A stretch of 32,000 bases of DNA from Synechococcus sp. A15-28 (GTDB taxonomy: Bacteria > Cyanobacteriota > Cyanobacteriia > PCC-6307 > Cyanobiaceae), in NCBI RefSeq assembly GCF_014280175.1, contig NZ_CP047931.1:1800001-1832000 (forward strand), written 5' to 3'. Position 1 is the first letter of the stretch. Every line of letters begins with the position of its first letter. The notes beneath the pieces are model-generated. The model was given only the letters and a program-made list of their open reading frames with translations, was not told where the DNA came from and ran no database searches. This document shows, one piece after another, positions 30,685-32,000 of the stretch. A program made the translations under genes and the position numbers.

Positions 30685-32000
30685 GCGACAACAGCCTTCA
30701 GGCCCTGCGGCAGCGCCTGGCCCGAAACATTCGACCTGGGGCCTGCGATGAATCCGGGGTGCGCCGACTCTGGTGGGCCGCCCTCGAGATTCTTCAGGAG
30801 GAGCTGCTCGATCGCCATGCCGATGAGGGGATCTGGGTCGCCTCCCCGCTGCCGGCGCTCTACGAGCCTGAACTCCTGGCCCATCTGCAGGGATGGGTGC
30901 TGGCGCCCAAGAACCTCGATCGCTTCAGTCCATCCAATGCCGCCTTGCCGGCTAGCGCTGGCCAGCGGGAGGAGGGAATGCACTTCCGCCGGCTGACTCT
31001 GCATCCTGAGGATGGGTTGGACCCCCTGCTGGTCGTCATCACACCCACCCTCCAGGCGGCTCTGGCCATTCATGGCGCTCCGGACCGACGTCAGCTGCTG
31101 ATGCGCTGTGACCACGACACCCTGGGCGATGCCCTGGCCCTGTTCGGAGCGCGCTTGCAGGATCAGTCCCCGGAGCTGGCCGATGCGTTGAAAACGCAGC
31201 TGACCGCCCTTGGTCCACTGCACAGCGATCCCCAGCTGGATCAGCAGTTCTGGCCGCGACTGGCGGAAAAGCTCACCGTGACGGCGCCGAGCCTGACCCT
31301 GCAACCCACCCAGTCCAGCTCGGAGCACAACCAGGGGTCCTCCGAGGACCTCAGCCTGCTGGAGGCCATCACCCATGAGGTGCGCACGCCCCTGGCGACG
31401 ATCCGCACCCTGATCCGCTCCTTGCTGCGACGCAACGACCTTCCCTCCGTGGTTCAGAAACGGCTGCGTCAGATCGATGGCGAATGCAGTGAACAGATCG
31501 ACCGCTTCGGGCTGATCTTCCATGCCGCCGAACTGCAGCGCCAACCGGAGGGAACCCAGCTGGCCCGAACCGATCTCGGCTCCATCCTGCGCAGCCTGGA
31601 GCCGACCTGGCGGGACCAGCTGGAGCGTCGCCAACTGAGCCTCACCCTGGAGGTTCAGCCTGATCTTCCCGACGTGCTCAGCGACCCGCGGCGGCTGGAA
31701 CCCATGCTCGGCGGCCTGATCGACCGGGTGAGCCGGGGACTGCCCGGCGGGGCCGGACTGCGGTTGGAACTGCAGCCGGCCGGCGCACGCCTGAAACTGC
31801 AGCTTCTGGTGCAGATGGAGGACGGACCGGTGTCGACCACATCGACCTCAAACACCGAACAGGTGGGCACGGTTCTCAGCTGGGATCCAGCCACCGGCAG
31901 TCTTCAGCTCAGTCAGGCCGCCACCCGTCAGCTGATGGCCAGCCTGGGGGGGAGATATCACGCGCGACGCGACCGGGATCTCACGGTGTTCTTCCCCGTG
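30678..32000 (+). CDS. Sensor histidine kinase-like protein, 3'-truncated by the window edge, with degenerate ATP-binding boxes
   Basis: The frame is open from the ATG at 30678 to the window end. It is missing from the track because it has no stop codon. The H-box ITHEVRTPLATIRTL lies at about 31368-31412, followed by a HATPase-like C-terminus. The start overlaps the rodA stop (ATGGTGA). Confidence 0.75.
   Translation, partial: MVSDNSLQALRQRLARNIRPGACDESGVRRLWWAALEILQEELLDRHADEGIWVASPLPALYEPELLAHLQGWVLAPKNLDRFSPSNAALPASAGQREEGMHFRRLTLHPEDGLDPLLVVITPTLQAALAIHGAPDRRQLLMRCDHDTLGDALALFGARLQDQSPELADALKTQLTALGPLHSDPQLDQQFWPRLAEKLTVTAPSLTLQPTQSSSEHNQGSSEDLSLLEAITHEVRTPLATIRTLIRSLLRRNDLPSVVQKRLRQIDGECSEQIDRFGLIFHAAELQRQPEGTQLARTDLGSILRSLEPTWRDQLERRQLSLTLEVQPDLPDVLSDPRRLEPMLGGLIDRVSRGLPGGAGLRLELQPAGARLKLQLLVQMEDGPVSTTSTSNTEQVGTVLSWDPATGSLQLSQAATRQLMASLGGRYHARRDRDLTVFFPV

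Noticed and set aside
23075-31634. Long antisense ORFs at 23075..24061 (-), 23853..24674 (-), 25280..26422 (-), 28337..29455 (-), 29920..30459 (-) and 30588..31634 (-).
   Set aside because: The reasoning is the same. They are low-complexity Arg/Gly/Pro/Gln-rich translations opposite well-supported genes (LpxB-related, CCB1-like, mrp, rodA, histidine kinase).

Overview
This window looks like the 3' half of the phycobilisome (PBS) rod gene region of a marine Synechococcus-type picocyanobacterium that carries both phycoerythrin I and II (pigment type 3). It is followed by about 15 kb of ordinary GC-rich core genes.

Rod region, left to right:
- three small Nif11-like/unknown ORFs (-)
- an MpeY-family lyase gene, mpeBA, mpeC and mpeU (+)
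- another Nif11-like ORF (+)
- cpeZ and cpeY (-)
- two orphan ORFs
- cpeBA (-)
- a small coiled-coil ORF, an S/U-type lyase gene, pebAB, rpcBA and rpcT-rpcE-rpcF (+)
- the low-molecular-weight tyrosine phosphatase gene ptpA (+), which closes the region

Core genes downstream: panC-cmk fusion, rlpA, purM, an aldo/keto reductase, tRNA-Cys, an LpxB-related protein, an RNase D-like exonuclease, hemF, mrp/apbC, rodA/ftsW, and a histidine kinase truncated by the window end.

All calls rest on reading the translated ORFs for family hallmark motifs and on gene order. No database search was run.

Main points worth a second look:
- a sharp AT-rich to GC-rich composition step inside the 3' end of pebA
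- a GC-rich non-coding spacer upstream of cpeB
- a family of four Nif11-like small proteins embedded among the lyase genes
- ptpA translationally coupled to the phycocyanin lyase genes
- a panC-cmk gene with no canonical start codon available
- an ORF below the track's length cutoff encoding a 53-aa four-Cys protein
- a histidine kinase whose ATP-binding boxes look degenerate

I found no CRISPR array, transposase or integrase.
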